Below, piece after piece: positions 1 through 8,947 of a stretch of 61,414 nt of DNA; positions within the stretch are counted from its first letter, which is position 1, and every line of letters starts with the position of its first letter. The DNA is from a virus (taxonomy: Duplodnaviria; Caudoviricetes), in IMG/VR virus record IMGVR_UViG_3300027733_000059, positions 1 through 61,414 of that record. One strand, written 5' to 3'. The position numbers were made by a program, and so were the translations under genes. The notes below the pieces were generated by a model, which had not been told where the DNA came from, did not search any database, and saw only the letters and a list, made by a program, of their open reading frames with translations.

Positions 1-137
1 ATCTATTTGTTAAATTGCATCTTTTTTTGCTCTCAAAGTATCTAAATAAATTTTTGTTTTTTCTGTTGTAAGATGAATTCTTTTTATATTTCCAACCAAA
101 GTTTGTATTTCTAAAACAACCTGCTTATAGCGTTGCT
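1..137. repeat. Terminal direct repeat / assembly overlap, left copy
   Basis: 1-137 is identical to 61278-61414 except position 11 (t) vs 61288 (g). Confidence 0.97.
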
Positions 138-288
138 CATCTGTATCGTGCTGCCCAATAACAAACTTATCAAGTTGATAGCGCGTTCTTGCCTGAGTAA
201 TTTGATTAAAGGCATCGTAAATTGGATGCTTCTCTTCTATAACACTTGGAAGAGAAGCATTTCTTTGATTTTTTTTGTTAATGCGCAC
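10..288 (-). CDS. 5' part of a coiled-coil hypothetical protein that continues across the origin into 60960-61277 (up to ~201 aa)
   Basis: Its C-terminal VGNIKRIHLTTEKTKIYLDTLRAKKDAI is identical to the start of ORF 60960..61376; the stop at 10-12 arises only from the single repeat mismatch. Confidence 0.8.
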   Translation of the reverse strand: MRINKKNQRNASLPSVIEEKHPIYDAFNQITQARTRYQLDKFVIGQHDTDEQRYKQVVLEIQTLVGNIKRIHLTTEKTKIYLDTLRAKKDAI

Positions 289-2197
289 TTGCTAATGATG
301 ACTGATTATTGGCTCCATTGCAAGTTGTAGAAATAACAGAACGCACATCCGTAGAAAAAGTCAATTTATCGGTAGTTGTGTTATAGGTACCTGAAGAACT
401 ACCCGCTGTAATATAGCCCGCGCCTCCAGCGGTATACCCTCTAGCGCTTGGAGATAATTTGGCTGTTGATAAAGTAGCCGATGTCGCAGCCCAAGTCTCT
501 GTTGCAAAAGGCAATTTATAGAAAGTATTTCCTGCGCTATTGGAACCTAAGAATGAATAACCTGCTGTTGTTCCATTAGTAAATTGATGATTATGGCATC
601 CAGCAGCACCAGTAATCGTATGGACTGTAGTGGAGTAATTATCTGTACTAAAAGTATATTGGTAGAAACTAAGATTGGCGGAGGTTGAACCAGTAGAGTT
701 TCCTCTTAAATATGCCTTTGTACCAGGATTGCTTATTTCAGGGGTGCAATGTTGGTTTACGAAATAGTTAAAACTGTATGAATAAGGCACATTGTAAGTA
801 CCATTAGTGCCAACTGTCCAACTGCGAACATTGCTGATAGTATCATTGGAATAATTCATTTTATTTACAACGCAAGTGACGGTTGCACTACTGGTAGCGC
901 CACCATCGGTGACAATATATCCAGCCGTTGCTCCATTTTCAAAAGAACCTACATTTGAATACGTAGTTTGCGTTGCCACAGTAGCAGCAATCGACGACCA
1001 AGTTTCAGCAGCAAAACTTAATTTATCGATATTACTTGTGGCTGTTACGCCAGCACCAATAAATGCCAAGGAAGTTCCTGTAGTAGAACCACCACCACCA
1101 ATATAACCTGATGCTGCTGGATTACTTATAGCACCACACTTTAAGAAAAATCTTGTCATATTATCTGATGTGGTACTAGCAACTTCTGTATCAAATCTAA
1201 ATTTACCAGTATTCTTTTTGGCGTAATCGGTAGCACTACCACCTGAAGTTGTTGTGTTCCAAGTTCCACCAGCAATATACATCGCAGCAATAATAGGGTT
1301 CGGAGTTGATGCAACACCAGCGGATGTACTGCTTGTGCCGTAGGCGTTAGTTGTAGTCATTGTAAATGTGTAAGCCTGATTACCAGCGTAGGTACCAGTT
1401 ACAGAAAGTGCTGTAGATGTTCCGCTATAAGTCAAAGATAGGGATGGAGAGGTTGTAACTGCAACCGATGTGATTGCGCTTCCACCAGTTGCACCTGACC
1501 AGTTTACAGTCACATTTGTAGTGCTGTTGATTCCAACGCTTCCGATTGTAGGTGTCTGAGGGACTGAAGCGGATAGAACTGAGGCGCTTGTACCTGAAGC
1601 AGTTGATGTTCCGTTAGCGTTTGTTGCTGTAACTGTATATGTGTATGAACTGCCAACTGTTTGAGAAATAGTTATAGGGCTTGCAGAGTTGGTTGCTGTT
1701 CCTGTGCTTGATGAAGTCGCTGTATAAACAGAAACAGCCTTTCCACCAGTTGCTCCAGCGGTAAATGCAACTGAGATGTTCGCACTTCCTGTGTATGCCT
1801 GACCTGTAGCGCAAGTTGGAGTTCCGATGGTTGGAGCCTGTGGAACTGTTGTTGCTGTGATTGCAGATGAAGCCGTTGAAGCATCAGATGTACCTACTGC
1901 GTTAGTAGCCGTTGCTGTAAATGTGTATGAAACGCCTGATTGCAAACCAGTCACGGTAAGTGGAGAAGATGCTCCGCTTGCTGTAAAACCACCAGGACTT
2001 GAAGTTACTGTGTAAGAAGTAATTGGCGAACCATTATCTCCACCTGAAGAAAATGAAACGGTTGCAGCACCATTATTATAGGCTCGAGCAGTACCAACAT
2101 CAGTTGCAACTACGCTGATTGGTGGTTGTGGTTTACTTGCGCCCGCAAAACCATATCCGCGTGGACTAACGCCTCGGGAACCTAAAATTGGTGACAT
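278..2197 (-). CDS. Ser/Thr/Gly-rich virion fibre/adhesin: fibronectin type III-like repeats plus a C-terminal beta-propeller-like region
   Basis: Three FN3-like units (GGSPITSYTVT...YTFTATATNAVGTS; VPQAPTIG; VPQTPTIG); repeated GYI-x-GG / KLxFxTETW blades. Confidence 0.75.
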   Translation of the reverse strand: MSPILGSRGVSPRGYGFAGASKPQPPISVVATDVGTARAYNNGAATVSFSSGGDNGSPITSYTVTSSPGGFTASGASSPLTVTGLQSGVSYTFTATATNAVGTSDASTASSAITATTVPQAPTIGTPTCATGQAYTGSANISVAFTAGATGGKAVSVYTATSSSTGTATNSASPITISQTVGSSYTYTVTATNANGTSTASGTSASVLSASVPQTPTIGSVGINSTTNVTVNWSGATGGSAITSVAVTTSPSLSLTYSGTSTALSVTGTYAGNQAYTFTMTTTNAYGTSSTSAGVASTPNPIIAAMYIAGGTWNTTTSGGSATDYAKKNTGKFRFDTEVASTTSDNMTRFFLKCGAISNPAASGYIGGGGSTTGTSLAFIGAGVTATSNIDKLSFAAETWSSIAATVATQTTYSNVGSFENGATAGYIVTDGGATSSATVTCVVNKMNYSNDTISNVRSWTVGTNGTYNVPYSYSFNYFVNQHCTPEISNPGTKAYLRGNSTGSTSANLSFYQYTFSTDNYSTTVHTITGAAGCHNHQFTNGTTAGYSFLGSNSAGNTFYKLPFATETWAATSATLSTAKLSPSARGYTAGGAGYITAGSSSGTYNTTTDKLTFSTDVRSVISTTCNGANNQSSLASAH

Positions 2198-2209
2198 TAA
2201 AGACTCCTA

Positions 2210-3010
2210 TTAAGCGAACTTAGTCTGACCTGCTAAAACCGTGAATGTAGCATTTGCTGTCTTAATGATTGTGTATGTATAAATATCAATTGAACTCGCA
2301 TTGCCAGCAGAGAAAGCAACACCATTCTGATATTTAGGAGTTATTGCGCTTCCATCAACTGTTAAAGCATTTCCATAATAAGGAGTTGCTCCATTTGTAG
2401 CCATAAAAACAACAGTAATTGCATCTCCAGTTATCAGCATTGAGTTCAATGTTGTACCGCTAGTACCGCGAACATTGAGAGTCCAGTTACTTGTTGAGTT
2501 TGATGTGTAGTATAAAACGCCTTGAGTTGCTGCATCAAATTGAACTGTTGTTCCAGCAGCAGTAGCGCTAATAGTTGTTCGCTCTTCGGGAGAAACAAGA
2601 ACTGGCGATGTTGAAATTGCAGTATTTATTGTGGGAGACGTGAGAGTTTTATTTGTAAGAGTCTCTGAAACATCCTTGAGAAGAGTTCCATTTACATAGT
2701 AAGACTTACCTGATGCCAAGTTAAGGTGTTCTGAAGAAGTCCACGCATCTGTAGCATCTACCCAGTTAAGAGTCTTTGTCGTTGTTCCACTAAGGGAGAT
2801 ACCGCCACCGTCAGCGTTCACATCGGTTGGACTCACAACATCGTTAATAACAATGTTCTTATCCTCTACAACAAGGTTTGTTGTATTGATGTTTGTGGTT
2901 GTGCCAGTAAAGGTTGGGTCTGAAATTGTCGGCGCTGTTAGCGTCTTATTTGTAAGAGTAACTGTATTGGTGCGAGTTACTTCAGGCTGCCCATTGGTTA
3001 AAATTGCCAT
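2210..3010 (-). CDS. Virion fibre-like structural protein
   Basis: TLTNKTLT repeats typical of phage fibre shafts; Thr-rich; lies in the structural operon. Confidence 0.65.
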   Translation of the reverse strand: MAILTNGQPEVTRTNTVTLTNKTLTAPTISDPTFTGTTTNINTTNLVVEDKNIVINDVVSPTDVNADGGGISLSGTTTKTLNWVDATDAWTSSEHLNLASGKSYYVNGTLLKDVSETLTNKTLTSPTINTAISTSPVLVSPEERTTISATAAGTTVQFDAATQGVLYYTSNSTSNWTLNVRGTSGTTLNSMLITGDAITVVFMATNGATPYYGNALTVDGSAITPKYQNGVAFSAGNASSIDIYTYTIIKTANATFTVLAGQTKFA

Positions 3011-3339
3011 TATGCAATCTCACTCCCGTAAGCATTGAATGACATATCTGCGCTTGATGCGTAAACAGTTACAACATCAGAGGCATCTATTGTTAGACCG
3101 AGAGTTAGTGAGATAAAAGAGTTTGCAGCGATAGTTGCATCGTAGGCAACATAGTGTTCGCCTGAAAGAGTGGCTCCGTTGGGGCGGATAGCGATACGGA
3201 AAGAACCAGCCGTGGCTGCTTGATTACAAACAGTCAGACTTGAAATGACAGTTAGGGTTGCTGATGGACAGGTATACAGCGTTGTTGCTGTAGTTGCGAC
3301 GGGCTTGACTTGACCAAGCACCTTATAGGTTGTTGCCAT
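3010..3339 (-). CDS. Small beta-rich virion protein
   Basis: MATTYKVLGQ...FNAYGSEI; coupled to neighbouring genes. Confidence 0.6.
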   Translation of the reverse strand: MATTYKVLGQVKPVATTATTLYTCPSATLTVISSLTVCNQAATAGSFRIAIRPNGATLSGEHYVAYDATIAANSFISLTLGLTIDASDVVTVYASSADMSFNAYGSEIA

Positions 3340-3342
3340 TCG

Positions 3343-4023
3343 TTATCCTCCGATGAGAAGCAATGGGTTTATTGTAGCGGATGCGTTATTTGTGGCTGTG
3401 GTGGCACTTGCCGAGGCTGTTGAGGCATAGGCTTGAGCCGAGGTTGTGAAAGATAGGATGTCTGTTCCGTCCAACTCATAAGAGGCAGCGGTCAGAGCGG
3501 TATAGGTAGCAAAAGCCGTATCAAGGGCTGTATAGGTAGCAAACTGAGATGGGATATACCAATATTTGCCTGATGCAAGGATTTTATCTGTTGTTTGATT
3601 GATATTGGTATCTAAAGTATTGATATTAGTCTCAAGGGTATTAAATGTTGTTTGGTCAATCAATTGAACATAGGTTGTATCAATGCTTGGAGCAGGGCTT
3701 ATGTCCGCTAAATCTAAAGACCCAGCGCTGTCATATGGGATGCTAATTTCGTAAGAGCGACCCCCAGCAAAAGACTCTTCAACTGAGTAAGTAAAAGGAT
3801 TCGGCACAACATCAGGGTCATTAGTCGCTGGCAAAGTAACGGAAAAAGAACCGCTAACTAAAGGCACAACCACAACTGAAGGTGCAACCATTTGGTCATC
3901 AGTTCCATTACGTAAGACTTCTGAAGTGCTAAAGCGAATCTGTCCAGCAATAGCAGTTCCTTCATAATCAACATAAGTTCCAGTAATTTGAACTGTGGTT
4001 AAATTCGCTCCTAGTGCCATCAA
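3343..4023 (-). CDS. Minor structural protein, paralog of 4219..4764
   Basis: GTYVDYEGTAIAGQIRF...GSFSVTLPATNDPDVVPNPFTY aligns by eye to 4219..4764. Confidence 0.65.
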   Translation of the reverse strand: MMALGANLTTVQITGTYVDYEGTAIAGQIRFSTSEVLRNGTDDQMVAPSVVVVPLVSGSFSVTLPATNDPDVVPNPFTYSVEESFAGGRSYEISIPYDSAGSLDLADISPAPSIDTTYVQLIDQTTFNTLETNINTLDTNINQTTDKILASGKYWYIPSQFATYTALDTAFATYTALTAASYELDGTDILSFTTSAQAYASTASASATTATNNASATINPLLLIGG

Positions 4024-4217
4024 GCACCAACCAACAAGAAATAATCAAATTTTTGAGCAAGAGCAGATTCAGCCGTATTCTTTGAAGTCAAAGCAGTTGT
4101 TTGAGCAGCATCAAGGGCGTCAGCATTTGTCTCGGCGCCGTTTGTTGCTACTTCCAACTCAGTCAAAAGCGCACTAGCAACTGTTAATTCGCCTATCGGT
4201 ACATACGGTTCAGCCAT
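4020..4217 (-). CDS. Small Ala/Thr-rich structural protein (probable start MAEPYV)
   Basis: Part of ORF 4020..4307; the internal ATG lies just after the stop of 4219..4764; ends YFLLVGA like its neighbours. Confidence 0.55.
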   Translation of the reverse strand: MAEPYVPIGELTVASALLTELEVATNGAETNADALDAAQTTALTSKNTAESALAQKFDYFLLVGA

Positions 4218-4218
4218 C

Positions 4219-4764
4219 TTAGACCCCCATAAATAGAAGAGATTTAACGGTAAATGATGCCAACTCATTCGCTGCTGCCGTGGCTGCTGCTGCATAAACC
4301 TGTGCATTGGCTTCGTAATCTTCTGCGTCTATAACAATCACACGGATGCCCTCTGCATTGGTGTAGCGGGTCAATAGAGCCTGGTACTGGTCAGTAGTGA
4401 CATAAGAGGCAGCGGTGGTTGAATCGACGGCTGGGAGCAGGTCTGCAAGGTTTTGCGTGGTTCCTGCAACTGATAGGGGAAGTGCTACTTGAAACTCGCG
4501 CCCGCCCGAGAAGTTTTCAGTAACGTCGTAGATAAAAGGCTGTGGAGCCACATCGGTATCGCTTGTTACGGGAAGGGTAATAGTAAAGGAGCCAGTTGCA
4601 TCCAATGTTTTAACAATATGAACTGGCATAATAATAATGTTTTGAGTTGTTTCTTTGAGAATTGTTTGAGGGGCAAAGGTCAAAGAACCGCGAACAGGGT
4701 TGCCAATTAAATCAACATAGGTGCCAACGATTGTGGCTGTTGAAAGAGATGTAGGCAACGCCAT
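4219..4764 (-). CDS. Minor structural protein, paralog of 3343..4023
   Basis: GTYVDLIGNPVRGSLTF...GSFTITLPVTSDTDVAPQPFIY; AGGAG RBS. Confidence 0.65.
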   Translation of the reverse strand: MALPTSLSTATIVGTYVDLIGNPVRGSLTFAPQTILKETTQNIIIMPVHIVKTLDATGSFTITLPVTSDTDVAPQPFIYDVTENFSGGREFQVALPLSVAGTTQNLADLLPAVDSTTAASYVTTDQYQALLTRYTNAEGIRVIVIDAEDYEANAQVYAAAATAAANELASFTVKSLLFMGV

Positions 4765-4778
4765 TTAGTTTGCGCTCC

Positions 4779-5069
4779 TTACGAACTAGACCACATTACG
4801 CGTTGTGCGTGAGTTCCTGTTGCAACAATCGCATAAAGTGATTCATTAGGACCAACTTGAATTTGCAAGTCATCTCCAACATTTGCTGCGGATGCTCTGT
4901 GCATAAAGTAACCATCTGATGTGGTTACATCTGCGCCACCAATATAAAAATCAACTGTAGTTGATAAGTTTTGCAGAAAAACAATGTGTCCATCTCGCCC
5001 GCTTGGATTTGGGTTAGAAATAAGCGTTGCTGTTGTGCCAATTGTAATAACCTGTGTTTTGAACGCCAT
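4779..5069 (-). CDS. Small beta-sandwich virion protein
   Basis: AAGGAG RBS; LQN...YIGGADVTTSDG pattern seen in phage structural proteins. Confidence 0.55.
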   Translation of the reverse strand: MAFKTQVITIGTTATLISNPNPSGRDGHIVFLQNLSTTVDFYIGGADVTTSDGYFMHRASAANVGDDLQIQVGPNESLYAIVATGTHAQRVMWSSS

Positions 5070-5086
5070 AAAAACTCCTTAGAATG

Positions 5087-5122
5087 GAAAGGGACGACTC
5101 ATTATAGCGAATCGTCCCTTTC
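5087..5122 (-). terminator. Stem-loop / intrinsic terminator
   Basis: GAAAGGGACGATTC-N8-GAGTCGTCCCTTTC (minus strand) right after the stop of 5126..5347. Confidence 0.7.
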
Positions 5123-5125
5123 TAA

Positions 5126-5347
5126 TTATTCTGCTTCTTTTGTCTTTTTCTTTGTTTCTTTAGGTTTTACTTCTTCATCAACTGGAAGCGCTACAGGCTT
5201 AGGAGCCTTTGCATCTTCTTCAATCAACTTGATGTAGCGACCTGAGACGAGGTTTCTTGTATGACGCCATCCTGAGACATCAACGATGTCGCCAGGAGAA
5301 AGAGTCTTTCCGTCAGAAATCATTACCTTCAGAATTGTGGCTTTCAT
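5126..5347 (-). CDS. Hypothetical protein with a Lys/Glu-rich tail
   Basis: ORF in the head operon, coupled to the upstream gene. Confidence 0.6.
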   Translation of the reverse strand: MKATILKVMISDGKTLSPGDIVDVSGWRHTRNLVSGRYIKLIEEDAKAPKPVALPVDEEVKPKETKKKTKEAE

Positions 5348-5349
5348 AA

Positions 5350-5694
5350 TTATGCAGTCATATCAATCCACACATACGAGAATGTACGCGCTGTGTCATT
5401 GATTGCTGAAGCAGTTGGGTTGTAAAGATAAATTGAAACTGTGTCTGCTGCTGAGATAGCAGCACCACAAAAAATCAAATCATCGTTTAGGTCTGCTGGT
5501 GGATTTACGATAATGATGTCAGTTGTCTTAGCACCTGTAAGAGTGAAAGTAACTGAACCGCGAGATACTGTTGCGATTGAAGCAGGGTCTACTGATGCTG
5601 TACCAAAATCTAGTCCATACACCATTTCGCCAGTTGAACCTTGAATTCCGCCAACTGAAACTTCACCGCGAGAAATACGATTTACTTGAGGCAT
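5350..5694 (-). CDS. Head-associated structural protein (decoration-like)
   Basis: Immediately after the MCP; AAGGA RBS; beta-rich. Confidence 0.55.
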   Translation of the reverse strand: MPQVNRISRGEVSVGGIQGSTGEMVYGLDFGTASVDPASIATVSRGSVTFTLTGAKTTDIIIVNPPADLNDDLIFCGAAISAADTVSIYLYNPTASAINDTARTFSYVWIDMTA

Positions 5695-5710
5695 TTATTT
5701 TCCTTTTCTA

Positions 5711-5749
5711 AGAAAGAAAGGGAGAGCCAATTAAGACTCCCCCTTTCTA
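5711..5749 (-). terminator. Intrinsic terminator downstream of the major capsid gene
   Basis: AGAAAGGGGGAGTC-loop-GGCTCTCCCTTTCT followed by a T-rich run on the minus strand. Confidence 0.75.
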
Positions 5750-5758
5750 TCGACTTAA

Positions 5759-6736
5759 TTACGCGACGATTGTGTTCCAGAAATAACCGAGGTCAGATGC
5801 AATTACCTTGTTATCGAAAGCCATTTCTGCTTCGATACGGTCTGACTTGATTGATTCCATACGGAACTGTGAAGTACCGATTGTCTGTCCTAGTCCGCCT
5901 GAAACACCTGTCCAAGAGAAGGTGTAACCAGCAGAAGGAGTTAGTAGTCCTGGGTTTGGAGCAACGTGTGTTAGTAGAGCGCCCTTGCCATAAGCAAAGC
6001 CGTAAGCCTCTGATGCACCTTCGTTGTTCGTAGCCTTGACTGCCTTAGCAACCATAACGCGAGGGATGTCGAACATTGCTGCCAACATATCTGTTGTGAT
6101 TGTCTGTGAAGATGTGTACTTGATACGGTCTACCAAGTCAGGGTGATTCTTCAACTGACGGAATGTTTCGTAGCCAAGAACAAGTGTATTGGCTTCCATT
6201 CCTGTGTTTGAAAGAATCTCGCTCTTACCCGCTTCAATATCATTGATTGGGTCAGATGAAGTGTAGTCAGACCATTGCTTTGTCTGACCTGATGATGGAG
6301 TACCAGCAACACCTGTTACATCGTCTGCCCATACACCTGTTGTGAAGAAATCAGAAACGAACTGAAGTTCACGACGGAGCATTAGACGGCGAGTAACGAA
6401 CTCTGTTGCCTCACGAAGAGGATTCAAAGGAGCGTCTGCGTTTGCAGTTGTTTGGTCATCAACATCTTTGTGGAAAGCCCACACGTCTGCTGAATATGTA
6501 CCTGTTGAAAGGTTGTAACCTCCACCAGCAGATTCAGTTCCAGGCGCACGGCGTTGAGCCTCATCGCGGAACCAATCGTTCTTGGTGTAAGTAAAGAATT
6601 TGTCAGACTTCTTATCCACAGGAATTACTGGGAATACCTTGTCTGCAATGAAGTTGTCCTGATTTTGTAGGTATGCAACTGAGATGTTAGTCAGAATTGC
6701 GTCTACGTGGACGGAGTTAATATGTGGCTGTGGCAT
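5759..6736 (-). CDS. Major capsid protein
   Basis: 325 aa; VDAILTNISVAY...FIADKVFPVIPVDK and LKNHPDLVDRIKYT are typical of this MCP family; follows scaffold and cement. Confidence 0.9.
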   Translation of the reverse strand: MPQPHINSVHVDAILTNISVAYLQNQDNFIADKVFPVIPVDKKSDKFFTYTKNDWFRDEAQRRAPGTESAGGGYNLSTGTYSADVWAFHKDVDDQTTANADAPLNPLREATEFVTRRLMLRRELQFVSDFFTTGVWADDVTGVAGTPSSGQTKQWSDYTSSDPINDIEAGKSEILSNTGMEANTLVLGYETFRQLKNHPDLVDRIKYTSSQTITTDMLAAMFDIPRVMVAKAVKATNNEGASEAYGFAYGKGALLTHVAPNPGLLTPSAGYTFSWTGVSGGLGQTIGTSQFRMESIKSDRIEAEMAFDNKVIASDLGYFWNTIVA

Positions 6737-6750
6737 TTGTTATTTCCCCC

Positions 6751-7146
6751 TTATGCCGCACGGTGCGGAGTCGCACAGTTGATTACGGCTGTGACGATGT
6801 TTGCATCGGCAGCAGATTCGGTTAGGAGTGTGCCAACAACATACTTGGTTGTATCTGTACCAGCAACTAAAGCAACTGCTTTACCTGCTGAAGATGTACC
6901 AACTTGTGCGCCTTCTGCGATTGCTGCACCAGCAACAATCTTTGTACCTCCGACAACAAGCACTTCTGCTTCCTGTCCTGAAGTTGGAGCGTTCTGTAGT
7001 ACGCCAATTGGAATATCGGTTGCTGCTGCTGCTGCAATAGCCTCACCTGATGAATTCAACTTGACGAATGTGTACTGCTTACTGGAAAGGTCGGCACCTG
7101 CAACAAGTGTGACCTTTACCGAGTAATTGGAGATTTCGTATGCCAT
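6751..7146 (-). CDS. Capsid cement/decoration protein (DUF2190-like)
   Basis: Ala/Gly-rich; IGVLQNAP...AGAAIAEGAQV; between scaffold and MCP. Confidence 0.75.
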   Translation of the reverse strand: MAYEISNYSVKVTLVAGADLSSKQYTFVKLNSSGEAIAAAAATDIPIGVLQNAPTSGQEAEVLVVGGTKIVAGAAIAEGAQVGTSSAGKAVALVAGTDTTKYVVGTLLTESAADANIVTAVINCATPHRAA

Positions 7147-7149
7147 AGT

Positions 7150-7947
7150 TTAGGCACCTTTCTCGGATAGGTATTGGCTGTAAAGGTCAGGGTTCTTTGT
7201 AGCAACATCAGCGAGCGCTTGCTCGAATGACTTTGCTACACCCTCTTCAACGGCTGACTTAGCAAGCGTAGTCATACGCTCGTAAGCATTGCCTGATTTG
7301 AAGTCCGCAGATTTGCCGATTTCTGCAAAAATAGAGGCTGATTCAGCCTGTGCATTGACAGATGCAAGTAGTTCTTCAACTGACTTTGCTAGGTCTGCAT
7401 CTACACTTGATAGACGGCGAAGTGCTGGTCCAACTTTTTCTGCATCGAGATTGAGGTTTGCCCAACCCTTTGCTTTTTCAACTGCTTCTGCATCAGCGTG
7501 AGCATCGCGTTCCTTTTGTAGTTCGGCGGTTGCTTCTTCTGCTTGCTTGCGGAAGTTTTCAATCATTTTGACGACTGACTCAGGCGCGGACTTCATATAG
7601 TCCATCTCCTCAGAGGATTCTTCTTCCATCTTCTTCTTTTTCTTTTCTTCTTCGGACATTTCAGCGTCCGCAGAAGCCTTGGCTAATGCCTCTTCAAGTT
7701 CAGAGATGCGAGCCTTAGCGATGGTTAGTTCCTCAGTAGGATTTACAACCTGCTCTTCAGTAGCCGTGGTAGATGTATCCTCCATTGTGGAGTCCTCCTC
7801 GGTGAGCGATTCGTCTAAAACCCTCTGAACTTCAGATTCTTCGGCGGACTTCATTACAAGCCAACCTTCGTGTAGATGAGCGGGATGGTCTACCCCGCTA
7901 GTTTCCTCAATGGCTAAATTCACCATTTTGCGAGTACGACCAGCCAA
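7150..7947 (-). CDS. Capsid scaffolding protein
   Basis: Acidic coiled-coil; C-terminal NPDLYSQY; many phi-x-K-[SA] sites; TTG start with AGGAG RBS. Confidence 0.8.
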   Translation of the reverse strand: MAGRTRKMVNLAIEETSGVDHPAHLHEGWLVMKSAEESEVQRVLDESLTEEDSTMEDTSTTATEEQVVNPTEELTIAKARISELEEALAKASADAEMSEEEKKKKKMEEESSEEMDYMKSAPESVVKMIENFRKQAEEATAELQKERDAHADAEAVEKAKGWANLNLDAEKVGPALRRLSSVDADLAKSVEELLASVNAQAESASIFAEIGKSADFKSGNAYERMTTLAKSAVEEGVAKSFEQALADVATKNPDLYSQYLSEKGA

Positions 7948-8049
7948 TGTGACTCCTAACGAAATAGAGATAACCTTTTAGCAACGCGCTAAAAAATTAA
8001 CTCGGGTCTAAACATACGAAGAATACCATAAGCCTAATTTGACCCTTTT

Positions 8050-8313
8050 TTAGTTTATTAAAACCCTCGTTTGGGCTAGAGCCTCGGGCAAGTTTGGGCA
8101 AATCCACATTGAAAAGGGATTGTCGTTTGCCCAAAAACGCGCTGTTCTAAAATGGAAGTCATCATCATCCATTTTGCTCCACACAAAAAAGGCTTGGGAG
8201 TCATTAGGTAAATCAATTTGAATTCCTGCATAGCCAGGGGGCGTAGTAACTTTATTTGCCTTGAGATTCATTGAACTCAAAATCTCAATTGTGCTATCAA
8301 TAATTGTTTTCAT
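8050..8313 (-). CDS. Hypothetical protein
   Basis: 87 aa; its ATG overlaps (ATGA) the stop of the hidden frame 8310-8555. Confidence 0.6.
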   Translation of the reverse strand: MKTIIDSTIEILSSMNLKANKVTTPPGYAGIQIDLPNDSQAFFVWSKMDDDDFHFRTARFWANDNPFSMWICPNLPEALAQTRVLIN

Positions 8314-8555
8314 CGTTTATTTCGAGCAGGTGGGCGAAGGATGTCCATATCATCCATCCACCGAGGGTCATCGGCATTACCATCAAATTCGCCTTCGGTG
8401 TCATTCTCGTCATAACTAATCTTAGGTTTCTTGCCCTTATAGTTTTTTGGTTCAGAATTATCTTCACCTTCGGAATCATCAATGTTGTATTTTCCACCGT
8501 GCGTCTTTTGGTCGTGCGTGGCGCCTAGATGCTTGTCTAGGCTCAGGCTTTTTTT
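8310..8555 (-). CDS. Unannotated -1 frame extension of 8543..8947 carrying the tenth tag (KKSLSLDKHLGATHDQKTHGGKYNIDDSEGED...RPPARNKR)
   Basis: Open frame with no ATG/GTG/TTG between the upstream in-frame TAA and the tag; entered by a -1 slip at CTA AAA AAA GCC; its stop is coupled to the next ATG. Confidence 0.7.
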   Translation of the reverse strand, partial: KKSLSLDKHLGATHDQKTHGGKYNIDDSEGEDNSEPKNYKGKKPKISYDENDTEGEFDGNADDPRWMDDMDILRPPARNKR

Positions 8556-8947
8556 AGTGCTGAAGCCTTATGCCCTACAAGAGTTTCTGTTTCTTCGCCA
8601 TCTTTATAGATACGAATAAGAACTGCTGGGTCATCTTTTTCAGCCTTAATGCTAAATGATGATTTTGGAATTCCAAGAACTCCATCGCGCATAATATGTT
8701 CAATCTTGCCTTGTGCTGTTCCACCTGATGCTTGCCAAGAAACCATATCGCCAACCGTTAATCCTGAAGCCTTTTTCATTGCATAAGCCATATCTCGCAT
8801 AGCCTTTTCAATCATTGATTTAGCGTAACCCTTAAGACCTGCGATTCCCTTTTGATTGACCTGTTCCTCAATCATTGCGTACTCGTCGTCTTTCATATTT
8901 TTCATAGGACCATTGCGGAGTTCTTTGAGAATCTTTTTGTCTTTCAT
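8543..8947 (-). CDS. Head-module protein with a C-terminal Tudor/SH3-like domain (DUF2945/Hva1-Tudor-like)
   Basis: LTVGDMVSWQASGGTAQGKI...LVGHKASALKK; ATGA overlap with the protease stop. Confidence 0.65.
   Translation of the reverse strand: MKDKKILKELRNGPMKNMKDDEYAMIEEQVNQKGIAGLKGYAKSMIEKAMRDMAYAMKKASGLTVGDMVSWQASGGTAQGKIEHIMRDGVLGIPKSSFSIKAEKDDPAVLIRIYKDGEETETLVGHKASALKKA

Noticed and set aside
10-12. Premature stop suggesting a pseudogene at the window start
   Set aside because: It is caused by the single mismatch in the terminal overlap; the other copy reads Ser and continues
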